From the human T2T-CHM13v2.0 reference genome, Homo sapiens, in the NCBI RefSeq assembly GCF_009914755.1, contig NC_060942.1: 64,000 nucleotides of DNA. One strand, 5' to 3'. Shown piece by piece: positions 41,196 through 57,365 of the stretch; positions within the stretch are counted from its first letter, which is position 1; every line of letters begins with the position of its first letter. The translations under genes and the position numbers were made by a program. A model generated the notes under the pieces. The model was not told where the DNA came from, did no database searches, and was given only the letters and a program-made list of their open reading frames with translations.

Positions 41196-42227
41196 GAAAA
41201 CTTGCGTTTCTGATGGCATTGCTGTACCACTTACCAACCAGCCCTGAAGTGTGTCCTTCCTCTTGGCTTCTGGTTATGTGTCAGAATAAGAAATAAAATC
41301 TTTCTCTATTGTGTAAGGAGGTTTGAATGCAGATTAAAAGTATCTCAACTAATACGTCTATTTTTCCAGAATCATTGCAACTTTGGGTTTTATTTTATCC
41401 ATCCCTTCCTCTGTTCATTTATTCAACTTTTTTCTTTAATGAGCCCCATGCAAAAAGCACTATATCACATACTGTGGAAATACAAATGAATCAAATTCTC
41501 AGCCCATATGCTTAAGAAACTGAAATCTATTATGGAAAAAAGAAAGTCCAAAAAGTGGCTTGAAGATAAATGCATGGCTCAGATGACAAGGGAGTAGCTG
41601 ATGAGATGTGCATCTTCCTGTGGGCAGGGAGGTCACGGATGAGACCACGGACCATGAGTAAGGCAGGGCCCATGTGGGACACGTCCCTGGGGCATGACCA
41701 TGTGGCAAGCACTGGGGGCCATGAGTGGCCAGTTTGGTTGGAGAAGTCTCATAAGAAAGACAAGGGCAGAGTCTAGAGAATCTTGAATGCCAACCCAAAG
41801 AATCTGAAATAAAAAAAAAAGTGGAATAGAAAATTCACTGAATAGTTTTGAGCTGCAGTGTGATGGGATGAAATGGTATGTTAGGAAAAGTAAATTGATG
41901 AAATCGTGGCACTGAGGCACTGGCTTGGAGATTCTATTTTGTGCTCCCCTCATCCCTTTCGAAATGATGATGACACATGGAGCACACAGATTCCACTGCT
42001 TCTCTCTGCTCTAACTCTCGTGTTTCCAGTTGTGCTTTCCTATTATATCAGTAAGAGCCTCTCTTTGAACTAAAGCAGGCTATAAGGATGTAAGGATTTG
42101 CATTTTGTTATGCAGGAGATTTCTTTGCATTTTACATCATGTTTCTCCACCTCAAGCGTGTGGAGTTGAGTTCATCATACTTCTCAGCTCATGGTAACTC
42201 AGGGTTGAAGGGGAATTCTGAGTTTAA

Positions 42228-42598
<371 letters not shown>

Positions 42599-43916
42599 TA
42601 TCCATATTCTTAAACATTGAAGATAGTCCAATAGTATTTAGAGCATTGGTTCTGCCTTTAGCTAGAGGAGGAAAAGAAACTTCCACTCAAGTCAGAACAA
42701 GTTCTACTCTTCCAGATCATCAAATTCTGAAAGGCCGAGTCTCTTATAATCACCTTCTAGTGTATTTAGTGATCCAATTTATTGCATTCATTATAAATGT
42801 GGACAGCTCTACAGTTATATCATTAGTGTTCATTCAATCTAAAATAGCTCAAGACCATTCTGCAACAAATTAGCAATTATAAATATGGCCTTCTACCAAT
42901 CTTAATAGAGACAGTCCTATATTCAACAGTAGTAGGTAGTTGCAATAGTTCCTTTCCACGCGTTTACTTATTTTCTCATTTACTTATTCAGTAAACATTT
43001 GAGTGTCTACCATGTGTTGTGTCTGTTACCAAATGTGGAGATGACTCCCAATCCACCACTTCATTATTTCCCCTTCACTGTTCAAATGTGGACGTGTTGT
43101 CCACTGCTCCCCTGAGATGGGTCTAAGACCTCTTGGTCCTCCCAATTGTCAGATTTAATAGAATCCTTCACTGGTACCATGACTCAGGGGTGGTGGTTAC
43201 TGTTGATCACCCTCTCCTTGAAGTGCTTCCCTTGACTATTATGAGATTTTGCTGGCTCTTCTAAGTCTCTGATGACTTATCTCTTAAATGTTGGAATTCT
43301 TCAGAAATCTGGTCTTAGTCTTCTTTTCTTCTAAAGCCTTGCTCACCGTTGGGCAATCTCACCCTAAATGCTGATGCCTCCGACATCTTTCTTTCTAGCC
43401 TGACCTTTCTCTGGAGATTGGACCACTGTGCTCACCCTCTCCCTGGGGCCACCTCTCAGTCTCTCTCCTAAAATAAGTCATCATCTTTCCATACAACTCC
43501 TCTTCCCATATTTTCTGTCCTGGTTAATTGTGATTGTCAACAAAGTCAGTGGATCCATTGTGGGGTTGGTCCATGAGATAAATGCTGCAGGAAATATTTC
43601 CATCTTCCTTTCCACATCGTCACTTGTGTCAGTATTGATTGTGAGGTGGATAAGAGTGGCGTTAAAATGAACCACTAATGGTTGGTCTTTTCTAATATAC
43701 TAGAATAATTTTTCCTGAAAAAAAGTAAGTCCCTTTAGCTTGAACTCTTGAGTGAAAGAGAGAGAAGTGGAGTTAAGACCGCTTTGTTGGCGGGCCACGG
43801 GAGTATTCTGCATCTTTGAATGACTTCTGGCCTGGGTGTCAAGGTAGAGGAGAGTTTTGGAACCAGTTACGTTTTGGCCTATACCTGGGAGTTTGTCAGT
43901 CTTGGATTCAATGTAG

Positions 43917-44394
<478 letters not shown>

Positions 44395-44419
44395 TTCATT
44401 CATCAGATATAAAGAAAAG

Positions 44420-44975
44420 GAATGACCCAGGAATTCCACTCCTAGACTTATACCCCAAATGATTGAAATCAGGGACTTGAACACCAATGTTCATCACTAT
44501 TCACAATAGCCAAAAGAGGGAAGCAACCCAGTGTGTCCATTAACACATGAGCAGAAAAACACAATGCGGCATGTGCATACAATGGAACGTTATTCAGCCA
44601 TAAAAAGGAATGAAAACAGGAAACATGCTACAGCATGGATGAACCTTGAAGACACTATGCTAGGTGAAATAAGCCAGACACAAAAGGATAAGTATTGTAT
44701 AATTTCATTTATATAGAATATCTGGAATAGTCAAATTCATGGAGTCAGAAAGTACATGAGAGGTTGTCAGGTGCCTGGGGTGGAGACAGAGGAGTAGGCA
44801 GTTATTGCTAAATGGTTACAGAGATTCTATTTGGGGTGGTGAAAAGTTTTGAAAGCAGAGAGTAGTGATGGTTGCACAACCTTATGAATGTAATTGATGC
44901 TGCTGAATTAGACACTTAGACATGATTAAAATGGCAAAATTTATGTTACATATATTTCACTGAAATAAAAAACTA
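44420..44975 (+). mobile_element. L1MB 3' fragment
   Basis: ACATGCTACAGCATGGATGAACCTTGAAGACACTATGCTAGGTGAAATAAGCCAGACAC...GATGGTTGCACAAC. Confidence 0.88.
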
Positions 44976-46140
44976 TAAATGGAGGGATAACATTTACCAT
45001 GACGGATATTAGTGTACTTGTAGACCTATGTGCATGGAATTTCTGGGCCAGGAACCATGCTTGATTTAACTGTGTGTCCTTGAAGTTCTGCACATTGGAA
45101 AGACAAACAAGGAGGGTTTTGGAGCTGGTCTTGCACAGCCAAGCAATGAGAAGCATTGGTTTCTTATCCTGTAAAAGAGAACTTTCATTTTTAGTATGCT
45201 AAAATTCAGCTGCAGAGTTGGTCAGGCCCCTTTTTTGCTCTAAAAATCTGGCATTTTGTGATGTTCTAGGGTAGAAGGAGCAGAGAGGGCTGAAATCTGG
45301 GTACAGTGTTTTCTGGAGACAAGACTTGAACTCACCTGGAGGCTGGCATGGTTTGTTGAGGGCACAAATGCAGCTGGACTTGGGAAAGTGAGCTCGGGTC
45401 TTGCTGGAGAGGACTGGGTTCTCAGCTCAGCGCTGCCAGTTGGAGAGGCAGGGACCCGTCCTGGAGACAGTGGCTGACCCATGCACCCAGAAAACCTGAC
45501 TTTCTCTTCTCATGCGACTGAACTCTTCCTGGACAGCCTGCGGGAGGCACACGTGACCTGCAGAGGCACCAGCCTTGTGGCTTCAGGGCTGGGCAGGCGC
45601 TGCCCCTCGGGGATTGTAATTATGTTGATCAGAACTGTCTTTTCCCTGGGGGAAGGAGGGCCCTTCTTTTTCTTCTTCATTTTTCCTTAAAAGAAATAAA
45701 AGACAAAAACAAAAAGGACTCCTCTTCATTTCCTTCAACGTGCTATGGCATCTTCGGAACTAGGGACTTGAAACCTAAAGCTGATCCTAATTTCTGATGG
45801 ATAGAATGTGCGTTTGGGGTTCTTTTCCACATCAAATTAAATCTGTCTTGGACTGATTTCCTGGAAGTGTTTTTCATTAGTATAATAGTCCTCAGCTGAG
45901 AGATCACAGGATCAGATACTACAGAAGGGGAAATGCAAACTGGGGATCATCAAGTCCATCCTCCATGGAGACAGAGACACTCAGTGGCTGCTTTTGGGGG
46001 GACTTTGCTAACGAAAAACTGTTCCTTCTCTGGGCGTATTCCTAGGGCAGGGGCATGGGGCCTGGTGAGCCACCTACTTTAGTAGTTAAAACCTTTATTC
46101 TTTTGTTTATTGAAACTATAAGCAAGAAAGAAATTGGGTT

Positions 46141-46195
46141 CAACCAACCAACCAACCAACCAATCAACCAATCAACCAATCAACCATCCAACCAA
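46141..46195. repeat. (CCAA)n / (CCAATCAA)n microsatellite
   Basis: Directly visible tetranucleotide repeat. Confidence 0.95.
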
Positions 46196-49089
46196 TGAAG
46201 TTCGTCATGCACCCACCAGCTGCCAATCCTTCAGTGGTGCCAGGAATATCATGATTAATCAACAAAGTCTTAAGACAGCGAAGTTCCCAGGAGGAGCCTT
46301 CAGACACTGAGACAAAGCTCCGTCAGTATTTAATGACTCTCTTCCTGGTCTCAAATGTGTCCTTCTGTGTAATGCATATGTCCACCCTGTGCCTCACCTA
46401 CAGAGGGTTCCTGAATGATGGAGGAAATCCTTCTGAAACTCTTTTCTCCCCCACTTCTCTGATATATGACTTGTTTACTGCAGGCTGTTAACAGCCTTGA
46501 GAGTGTCTTTAATCCTCAGCCAGGGTCTTTAAATATAATACATCAATAACAGGTAATTATTCACTTTGAACTCTTTGCTCCTTTCCCCCATACCCTGCGG
46601 GGCGAGACTTGCAACTTTTAAGCACTGTAACAGTTTCTTCCTATCAAAGTGTCAAAACTCATAAGGCCCATGTCAAGGAATTTGTTTGCTTACTTTAATC
46701 TGCCTTCCCTCCTCCCTCCTTTCCCTTCTCTCACTGCAGGCTTTATGGATTACTGTACGGAGGGCTAGTTTTCATCCTTGTGTGTTTTCTTTAAGCCAGC
46801 ACCACCTTGGACCCTGAAGCATTCGCCCCCACACACGCAACCTTGTGGCCCTGAAGAGTTGCATGCAGTTGAGTTTGTTGCTCCTGGCCTGTCACGTTAT
46901 TCCTGTTTTGAATGTGTGCAGGAACATCCTGTCAAATTCAAAACTTCCTTTTGCCCCAAACCAATCTTTGATCTGGGAGGCCTGGACACAGCTGGCTCAG
47001 AGCAGCTCATGTTGTGTGTGCTGGTGCCTGCCCTGGTGCCTGCCCTGGGAGCCCTGTCCCAAGCATCTTGGAGCAACAGGGGTGTGTTTGTCCTGTTGGC
47101 TGGGGTGGTGATGGATGGCCCAGTTTGCCATTGGTCCAGCCCTGTTCAGAAGACAGCTTTGTCTCCAGGGAGCTCTCCCGAGGTTCTTGGGCTCTGTCTG
47201 TGGCTGTGGATTTATCTCTCCATAGGAAGCCACTTGCAACTCTTCCACATGTTTCTCTCTCCAGCAAGTTGGAAGAGCCAAATGATTGCACTAACTTTAT
47301 TGCTAAATTGTTGCATAAAGTGGTGCAAGTCTGGTTTCCTGTTCATAAGAAATCTTTATTGCCTGCCCAAGTCTCCCTTGTATGTGTGAAGGGGTTTTCA
47401 GGACACTCGCTGAAGTGCTGCATGATACAAATGCTGTTCACTCAGAAAGAGAAGGTTTGGGTGTGCGGAAGAGAGGGTCAAAGAGTACTGTCCGTATTTC
47501 CTACCTCGGGCTCTCCTGAGGCAATGAAATCAATGGTGAACCAGGAACTCTTTCTAGATTTAAGGATTTTGCCAGGTTTAACTGAAGGGAAACATTAAAA
47601 TTGTTGCCTGATATTGAAAAAGTGACCCACATTTCCATACCCAAATAATCAAAGCGGATAATTTGGTTCTGTGATGTTCTTCAGGTAATTTTCTTAATTG
47701 CTAATGATATAAATTCACTTTGAACATAGAACTAACAAGATCTAACAGGATGTTCTGGAGTCTCGCTGGGGAATAGTGGCTAACGAAGTTGAAACTTTTG
47801 CTCTTAAATTTAATTTCATCCTTGACCTTGCCAGTGACCTTTGGCCTATTGCTTCCCCTTTTGATATGTTTCCCCACGGTTATGATGGTTATACAATATC
47901 AAAGGGGCCTTCACGTGTCATCAAGAACTTATATGATGAGCAATGTGTTTATATTGAAGAGCATTGAAGAATTCAGACACTGTCTGTACAGGATGTCAAC
48001 ATATCCTTCATTTTAATCGATGTGTTAAAAAATCAGTGTTTGGATAGCATGATGGTCAATGAACTAGTGGGATGACTGTATTTTTCTTTTATCCAACAGT
48101 TGTTGTGGCCACATAAGATGGTGCCTAAATGCTCTACATACATAATTAATAATGGTATGAAAAGCAAGGGCACCACGGAGCGCTAACCTTCATGGAGGGT
48201 TTGTTTGCCCATGAATGCAGCTCAGCAGGGAGGGTGCACTCAGCTCTGTGAAGAGAGGAGTCAGATTTAAAGCTCCCTCTGTTTTGGAACCTTGGGCATG
48301 CAGAGGAGCATCTGGTAGAGAAGACATCCAGCATTCCTGTTCCTCTGCTTTGTGATTCTTTCTCTCACTCCTATTGCAGCCTGATTACAGGTTAGGCTTC
48401 CGCAGACTGCTCTGGCCAGCCAGGGGCTGGAAGATGGGGAGTGGCAGGAGGGGTAGTGGATCACGTTTATTACAGGCCCAGGGGTATTGGGATATTTCTT
48501 TCCTTCGGTTAATCTTCTGCAGCTTTGTTAGCAGCTTAGGGAACTGTAGGATGCTTTTCATCACCACATTGGCTTCCCACAACTGGCAAGCTTTCTAGGT
48601 GGGGAACTGTCAGAAACGTGGAATTCACCAGCATGATTTCCTGAAGGAGTATGAATGGTAGCTGTAAATATTGATTGATTGTTAGTTTACAGTGTCAAAA
48701 TGAGTTGTCACATGCTTCCACAACCCCACCATGGTGCCTTCCATCAAACAGATAGTTTATGTTTTTAATCATCAGAACTAATCTGTTAATATAAACAGAA
48801 GACAGCAGATTTTTTCAATAAAAATAGAATAAAAGGGATAACTGATTGTTTTAGAAATAATGGTTTTAATGAATCTAACTAGAAATAAGTAGGTATACAT
48901 ATTTAAAAAAGAACCGACATAGTTTACATACATTAGGAAGAGTTGTATGATAGTACACACAAAAAAGCAGAAAGAGCTGGGGCCAGCTCCATACATACAA
49001 AGGAGCCTAAGCAAATTATAGACAACCCCTCAAATTATAAACATGGGGTTATTAACACTCTACACATTTCTAGAACTTAGACCATGAGA

Positions 49090-49520
49090 TCAATGTTCTG
49101 GGTGGGTCAGAATTGTGTTCAATTTTTTGGTGCCTCAATTTTAGGGAGACATGAAATCAAGAGCACCAAGAAAAGACAAGATGATGAGGGGGTCTTAAAA
49201 CCATCTCAATTAAGGAATAGCTAACGGGTTTTATCTGGAGAAGACCGGGGGAATATGAGATGTTGGCCTTCAAAGAGTTAAAATACTCTTGCAGAAAAGG
49301 GAGTAGATTGCTTTCCCGGGAGAATGGCTAATATTTCAGGAGAAGAAAATTCCTTTCAATGTAAGAAATATCTGTCTCAGACTACAGCTTTCCAACTTTG
49401 GAGTGGAAGTTGCTGTTAGGTAGTGAGCTCCTGTGCACTGGACACTTTATGAATGTAGGGGTGCTGGGGAAGAATTATTCACATATTAAAAGGGAGTTCA
49501 GATAAAATTATATGAAAGCC
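49090..49520 (+). mobile_element. CR1/L3 LINE 3' fragment
   Basis: TATCTGGAGAAGACCGGGGGAATATGAG...CCTTCAAAGAGTTAAAA...GCAGAAAAGGGAGTAGATTG resembles the L3 3' end. Confidence 0.5.
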
Positions 49521-49803
49521 CCTTTCTTTGAAGCCAGGTGTGGGCTGGCTGCCCGGGCCTTCCCTTCTACCTTCTACCTTTTGCTAGAAGATTCCCAGCA
49601 AACCTGCTCCTCTTGTTCATAGTATTATCATGAAGATTAGAAGAGTGTTAAAGACTAAATTTTAAAAGACAGTAAAATCATGACTCTCACACAATCATAA
49701 AATGAACATGTGCCAAGGATTTTATTTAACTCGATTAATGAGGAAGTCACTCGATATTACAACTGGCTCAAAAGAGAACTCAAGATCCACACATCTATAG
49801 TCA

Positions 49804-50190
<387 letters not shown>

Positions 50191-52382
50191 TCACCTCTAC
50201 AGAGTTGTAAAACACTCTAGTCAAAGTGGAGGAGCATACCCCTGAGGCATCTCTAGGATTCCATTGAAAAGACCGCCAGTGATCTTTTTTGTCCAGTTCG
50301 AAACTGTCCACATTTTTCCCTACATGAAGTAACCTCTCACATAGAGGTTTTCCCCAAAGTTCCTGACAAATGATGTGTGCTCAGTAAACATGATTTATTG
50401 TTGATCATCGTTGTGATTCTTACCCAAGTGTCCTGGGGAAGATGCCGGTGGCTGATATGAGGTATTCTTTGACCAAGGTCAGGATCACCATTTTTTCTCT
50501 TTCCTTTGGAAATATTATACACACATCAGGCTACCTGCTTTTTCCTATCTTTCATCTCCCACAGACAAATGCATTTAATGTTAAAAAAATCTTTGTTTCT
50601 AACGTGCATATAAAATCCTCCTTTTTCTTGTTCTCTTCCAATTCTCTTTCAGTTTCTTATTGTAGGAAAATGTCTCTATGCTTCAAATTTCTAGTTAAGC
50701 TTAAGAAAAATTCTAGTGATCTTCCTTTCTTAAGGAAAGAACAATTGTAAGTTTTAACTAAATTTATAAATGATGAAGTTTAGATTCGGTCATTTCAGCA
50801 AACAAAAGCTAAATAACCATTGTTTTGAGTTACTGAATACTCAAACATTGACACAGGAATAATACAAGTTGAAAAAATATATTTTAACTTACATTAGATA
50901 TATAAATGCAAGTTAAATATTCACACAGGTATGCCTTGCCATTCTTATATGAGCCCTGTTGTCCATGGTTCTGAGTTACTTTTGGATTTGGGGGCAGTGT
51001 TGTTTCTCGTAACCATGGTCCACAGGTGACCCGTGTCCAGCTTTCTCAGAAACTCAGACCCAGGTTACGAGGAGGCAGCAGAAGAGAATGGTGGGCATTG
51101 CACAGAAACCATTGCCACTGAAAGATTGCTAGGAAGAAATTCAGACAGTGTTTCATATAATCCAATATCAAGTCATCAAGAAAGAAACTACGGTTGACCA
51201 TAATGGAAAGATCACATTGCTAAAAAAAAGTAAATTGTTTGTCTATCAAGTGAAACAAGTCTGTGCAAGTGTTGACTAGGCCGTGGGTTCTCTGGGTGTT
51301 GGGGCAGACACCAGTGGGGATGGCAGGACATGGTGTTGACAGCTGACTTGTGCCAGAGGACTCACTGCTATGATTTCTTGTGTTGATAAGAGTCTGCTTT
51401 TCATTGTTCTAGAACAATGGAATTCAGACTTATATTTTGTAAGTTTTGTAGCCATTTTTTGCGCTTTTGAAAGTTTTATCCTATTTCTGATAATTACACA
51501 TGACTTTTCCGTGTCTGTGAAGCTGCAGGAAAGCACATACCGGCTCCCCTCAGGCCCTACCTGTCACTAGGTTTCTGACCAATCTCATCGTGTACACGGG
51601 CACAGCCAGAATCCCCCCCTCCCCCAGTGACTTTATGGATATATTGGGAAGATCCTAGAAATATCTGCAGAATCATTATAAACACCTCTTATACTGTTTA
51701 AAATGCAAGATGAGGAACATTCCTTCTATACCTAACTTGTGGAGAGTTTTTATCAGGAAAGGATGTTGAATTTGGTCAAATGCTTTTTTTCCATTTTGAG
51801 ATAATTATATGATGCTCTTCATTCTGTTAATATGGTGAATCACATTTATGAATCTGTGTATGTTGAAACATCCTTGCATCCCAAGGATAAATGCTACTTA
51901 ATCACAGTAAATGATCCCTTTAGTGTGCTGTTGAATTTGGCTTGCTAGTATTTTGTGGAGGATTTTTACATTTACATTTGTAGAAATATCCAACATCTTT
52001 ACACGATAAAAACTTTCAACAAATTAGGTAGAGAAGAAATATCTCTCAACACTGTAGAGGTCACACAGGACAAGCCTACAGCTAACCTCACACTCAAGAT
52101 TGAAAAGCTGAAAGCTTTTCTTCTAAGATCAGGAATAAGACAAAAACATCCACTCTTGTCATTGCTACTCAACAGGGTATTGGAAGTCTAAGTCAGAACA
52201 AATAGGCAAGAAAAGGAAATAAAAGGCACCCAGGTAGAAAAGAAAGAAGTTAAATTCTCTGTTTGCTGATGACATAACCTTATATACAGAAAATCCTGAA
52301 GACTCCACCAAAAAACTGTTAGAACCAATAAATGAATTTAGCAACATTGTAGGATAAAAATCAACATAAAGAAATAAGTAGC

Positions 52383-52690
<308 letters not shown>

Positions 52691-54046
52691 CTATACACTG
52701 ACAATGAACTATCAGAAAAAGAAATTAAGAAAACAATTCAATTTACAATAGCATAAAAAGGAGCAAATTTAAACAAGTGAAAGATCTGTATATTGAGAAT
52801 GATAAAACATTGTTAAAAAAATTGAAGAACATGCAAATAAGTGGAAAAGTATCCCATGTTCATGGATTGGAAGAATTAATATTGTTAAAATGTTCATAGT
52901 ACCCATAGTTCTTATGGGTATCCACATGAACCCAAAATGTTTATAGTACCTATCTGTGGACTTAACATAATCCCTGTCAAAATTCCAATGCCATTCTTTA
53001 AATAAATAGAAATAGAAAAAAAATCCTAAACTTCATAGGTAACCATAAAAGACCCTGAATAGCCAAAGAAATCTTGAACAAAAAGAATAATGCTGGAGGC
53101 ATCACACTCCATCAATTTCTGAATATATTACAAAGCTATAGTAACCAAAACAGCATGGTACTGGCATAAAAACAGATGCATTGACCAATGGAACAGGGTA
53201 GAAAGACCAGAAATAAACCCACACATTTATCGTCAATTGATTTTAGACAAAGATGCCAAAAACAAACAATGGGGAAAGGACAGTCTTATCAACAAATGAT
53301 GCTGGGAAAACTGGATTTCCACATGCAGAAGACTGGAGTTGGACCCCTATCTTACACCATATACAAAAAAAAAAAATCAACTCAAAATGGATTAAAGACT
53401 TAAATGTAATACCTAAAATGGTAAAATTACTAGAAGAAAACATAGAGGAAAAGCTCCGTGACATTGGTCTGAGCAATAATTTCTTGGATATAACCCCCAA
53501 AGCCTAGACAAGAAAAGCAAAAATAGATCAATGGGATTACATTCAACTAAAATGTTTCTGAACAGAAAAGGAAACAATTAACAGTGTGAAGAGACAACCC
53601 ATGCCTTGAGGGAATACATTTGCATATCTGAGAGGAGTGTAATGTCTAAGATATATAAAGAACTTAACTCAGTACTAAGAAAGCAAATAACAATGATTAA
53701 AAGTGGGCAAAGGACCCAAACAGACATTTTTCTAAAGAGGACATACAAATAGTCAGCAGATATATAAATACTTTCAACATCACTAATTATCAGGGAAATA
53801 CAAACTAGAACCACAAGAAGATATCACATGTTACAACGGCTATTGAGGGTGCAGAGAAAAAGGAAACCTTAGATACAGTTGTTGGGAATGTAAATTAGTG
53901 TAGCCATTATGGAAAACAGTATGGGGTTCCTAAAACACTAAAAATAGAATTACCATCTGACCTATCAATCCTACTTTTGGGTATATATGCAAAGGATCTG
54001 AAATCAGTGTCTCAAAGAGATCTACACTTCCATGTTCATTGCAGCA

Positions 54047-54470
54047 TGCGATGGTTTGGATGTTTGACACAACTAAGCCTCATGTTGAAATCTAATCCCC
54101 AGTGTTGGAGGTGGGGCCTCCTGGGAGGGATTTGGGTCATGGGAGTGCATCCCTCATGAATAGATTAATGCTCTTCCAAAATGTGAGTTCTCACTCTATT
54201 TGTTCCCACAGGAGCTGGTTGTTGAACCAGTCTTCCTGCTCCCACTGCACCCTGCCTTGCTGCCTCTCTCTCCATGTGATCTCTGCATGCTCAGCTTCCC
54301 TTTGCTTTCTGCCGAGTGCAAGCAGCCTGAGGCCCTCACCAGGAGCCAAGCCGTGCTGGCACCATGCTTCTTGTACAGCTTGCAGAATGGTGAGCCAAGT
54401 GAACCTCTTTTCCTTGTAAATTACCCAGCTTCAGGTATTCCTTTATAGCAACACTAAATGGACTCAGATA
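54047..54470 (+). mobile_element. MSTB-type MaLR solo LTR nested in L1
   Basis: TGCGATGGTTTGGATGTTTG...TTACCCAGCTTCAGGTATTCCTTTATAGCAAC; 5-bp TSD CAGCA. Confidence 0.9.
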
Positions 54471-57365
54471 CAGCATTAATCACAATAGCCAAGATATTGA
54501 ATCAACCTGTGTTCATCAACAGATGGCTGGATAAAGCCATAAAAAAGAAGGAAATTATTTCATTTGAGACTTGGAAGACATCAGGCTAAATAAATAAATT
54601 AAGTGTGGAGAGATAAATACTGCATGACATCACTTATATGTGGAATCTAAAACAGTCAAACTCACAGAAGCAGAGAGCAGAAGGGCGAGTGGAAGGTGGA
54701 CAGGGAAAGCAGAGATGTTGGTCAGAGAGTACAAAGTTTTAGTTAGAATGGGGAATATGTTTTAGTGATCCATTGCACAGCATGGGGACTGCAGTCAATA
54801 ATAATGTATATTTCAAAATTGCTAACATGCTAGATTTTAAATAGTCTCACCATAAATAAATATGTGAGGCAATGGATATGTTAATTGGCCTGATTTAATC
54901 ATTCTACAATATATACATATAACATCACACTGCATCCCGTATGTACAATTATTATGTCACTTTAAAATAAAATAAATAAAAACAAAAAAACGCAAGTTGA
55001 TTAAACTCTTCAATAACTTCGTTTTGGACTTATGTATCATTTGAGAATATTTTAGTAATATTTACATGTTGAAAACTTCCCCTAAACATTTTCAATCAAA
55101 AACTTGCACATAAAATTTCCCAGGTTCATGTGTAAACATGCACCATTGCTACATGTGTGTCACAGAAGGGTCCACTGATGGAAGAGTCTGTGTTACTGTA
55201 CTCTCAGTGACTGGGTGTGTGTTTGGCTTGGGGTTTATTTTGTATCACCCCCTCACTCCACTCAAGGGCATATAAGAGGTCGCAGGATTAACTTCTGGGT
55301 GTGGATGGAGGCCAACGTAAAGGCTGCTCTACCTATACATCAGGGGACTGCAGGGCTTTATTAGGTTTACCCAGACCTCTTTCAGAGAGATGATGTGTTC
55401 ACACATGTGGAGCAGACACTGAGTGCCAAAAATACTTCCAGAGTGCTTTGCAACTTTGCTATCTCCTAAATAATTGTAGACATCTATGCATTCTTCAGTA
55501 AACTGTGTTTATGTACTGTTCCATGGCAGTGAAATCTCTTTCAATATCTTGGTAGCCTCAGCACCCTCTGTCCCATGTGCTTCTCGTGTGACCCCGGCTG
55601 TGGTCTGCAGAGCTGAGCCCGTGGTATTTGGGTCACATAACTGTTTCTGTGCCAACGCACGTTTTCTTTCACATTGCTATTAACTGTGCAGTAAAGAAGG
55701 GAGATTGGCTGGTGAAAGTGTCCTGGGTCCTTCAAGGATTACTCAGATTTCACAGTGCCTGTAATCTGAGCTCCCTACACTGAGTGGTTTAGTGGTTATG
55801 GTCAGATGTCTGCTTTATCCTAACCTGTCAGCTGAACAATCATGTTTGGGTGTGTGTGTTTGAACAGTGCTATAATTGGTACGAGGGGTTCAGAAACGCC
55901 CTGGGGATGCCCTGACATCGGATGGGCACGTGCAGCCGGTATCACAGCCTGCCATGCCATCAGCTCCGTACTTGACATTCAGGCCTGGTGATCACCCCTG
56001 ATCCCCCAGCTTGAGTCCCCACCACTCAGTTTACCCACAGGAGGAAACTGAGAGCTACAGCTTAGGTGAGAAGCTGCCACTTTCTTGTCTGACACAGCCA
56101 TAGCTATCATAGGATGGTGAAAAATTGGTGTTCACATTAACAAGAGAGGCCTGATAGAAGAGGCAGAGTTGTTTTGAAGTTGAGGGTCGCAGCTCTTTTA
56201 CCCCTTAGGCCAGGGAGCTAGGGAGGGACCAGAGAGTGGTATTTGTAAGGCCTCCAATTCCTTTTATTTAAGAAGTGTGTGCACACACACTTTTGCTGTA
56301 GCGATTTATAAGCACACTTACGTCTCAGTCAGTCACCGTGCTTATTAAAGACATAAATATTTTACCTCTTAGCAAAGACGAAAATAGTTTTCACAGATTT
56401 CCTGGCAGGCAACAACACAACCTAGCCAACCCTTTTCATCTGTAGATTTCAACCTAATAAAGTATTGATCTAGGGAACAGAACTTGTTTCTACGTCCCAT
56501 TCCTGAAAAGTAGAAAACCAGATTGACCAGGGCTAGGGGGAGGGTTTGCCTCTACCTGAGGATATTCTGAATTTTATGGATGCTTTGTTGAGCAATGTTG
56601 AAACTGAAAGCGCTGATGGAATAAAAGACGTCAAACTCTCTAAGGCTTGAGGATGCATTATAGAAAAGAAAACCGCCTTTCTTGCAGGTTTCCTGATTAC
56701 TCATCTTAATTAGGTATTGCCCTGAATGACAAAACTTCCTCTGGCTCCTACGCCCCTTAACCATTTTAATTCTACAACCAAACCCACAATCACAGCTCTC
56801 CTTGCATGGCAGAGGCCTTAGGCTCGGGGTGGGAATCTGGCCACGTCTGAATGCAGACTGTAGAGGTGCAGATACGGCCCTACTGAAGGAGCAAGGCTGG
56901 GCACAGAGGTTAGGGGAGGCCGACTTGTCCCTGGGCACGTTAAGAAAGACAGTTCCTCAGTCATCTGGGACTTGGTAGAAAAGGGAGAAAGGAAAGGAGA
57001 CTTTTTCAAAGAACAAGATAATAATCATGGTCAGCCACTGTGTTAGCACTTCTTATATGTTTTCTCCTTAATTCCAGCCATGCCTGTGCAGTGGTCGCTT
57101 CTTTCTTTTGCTGTGTGACTGCGGCCTGGTAGGCTCACAGAGGCTTGGCCATCTGCTTGTCCATCGCCCCCTGCCCAGCTTGCTGGCCTGCGGCTCCTCT
57201 CACTCCACAGCCACCAACGCTCCACCATCCTGCACGGACAGGATTCTCTTTCTCTACCCTTCGCTGGGAGGCCGTTGCTTCATCTCCTCTCTGGCTGCTC
57301 AATCCAAATCTGTATCTCCCTTCTCTTTCCAGACATCACTGACGCAGGGCCCAGTAAGCCAGAGC

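Noticed and set aside
46778-47598. Overlapping 203-aa and 194-aa plus-strand ORFs
   Set aside because: Several frames open at once in GC-rich DNA with no protein similarity; likely chance
57160-57180. CTCF-like GGGCAGGGGGCGA
   Set aside because: Lacks the conserved 5' CC of the core motif; not supportable from sequence alone
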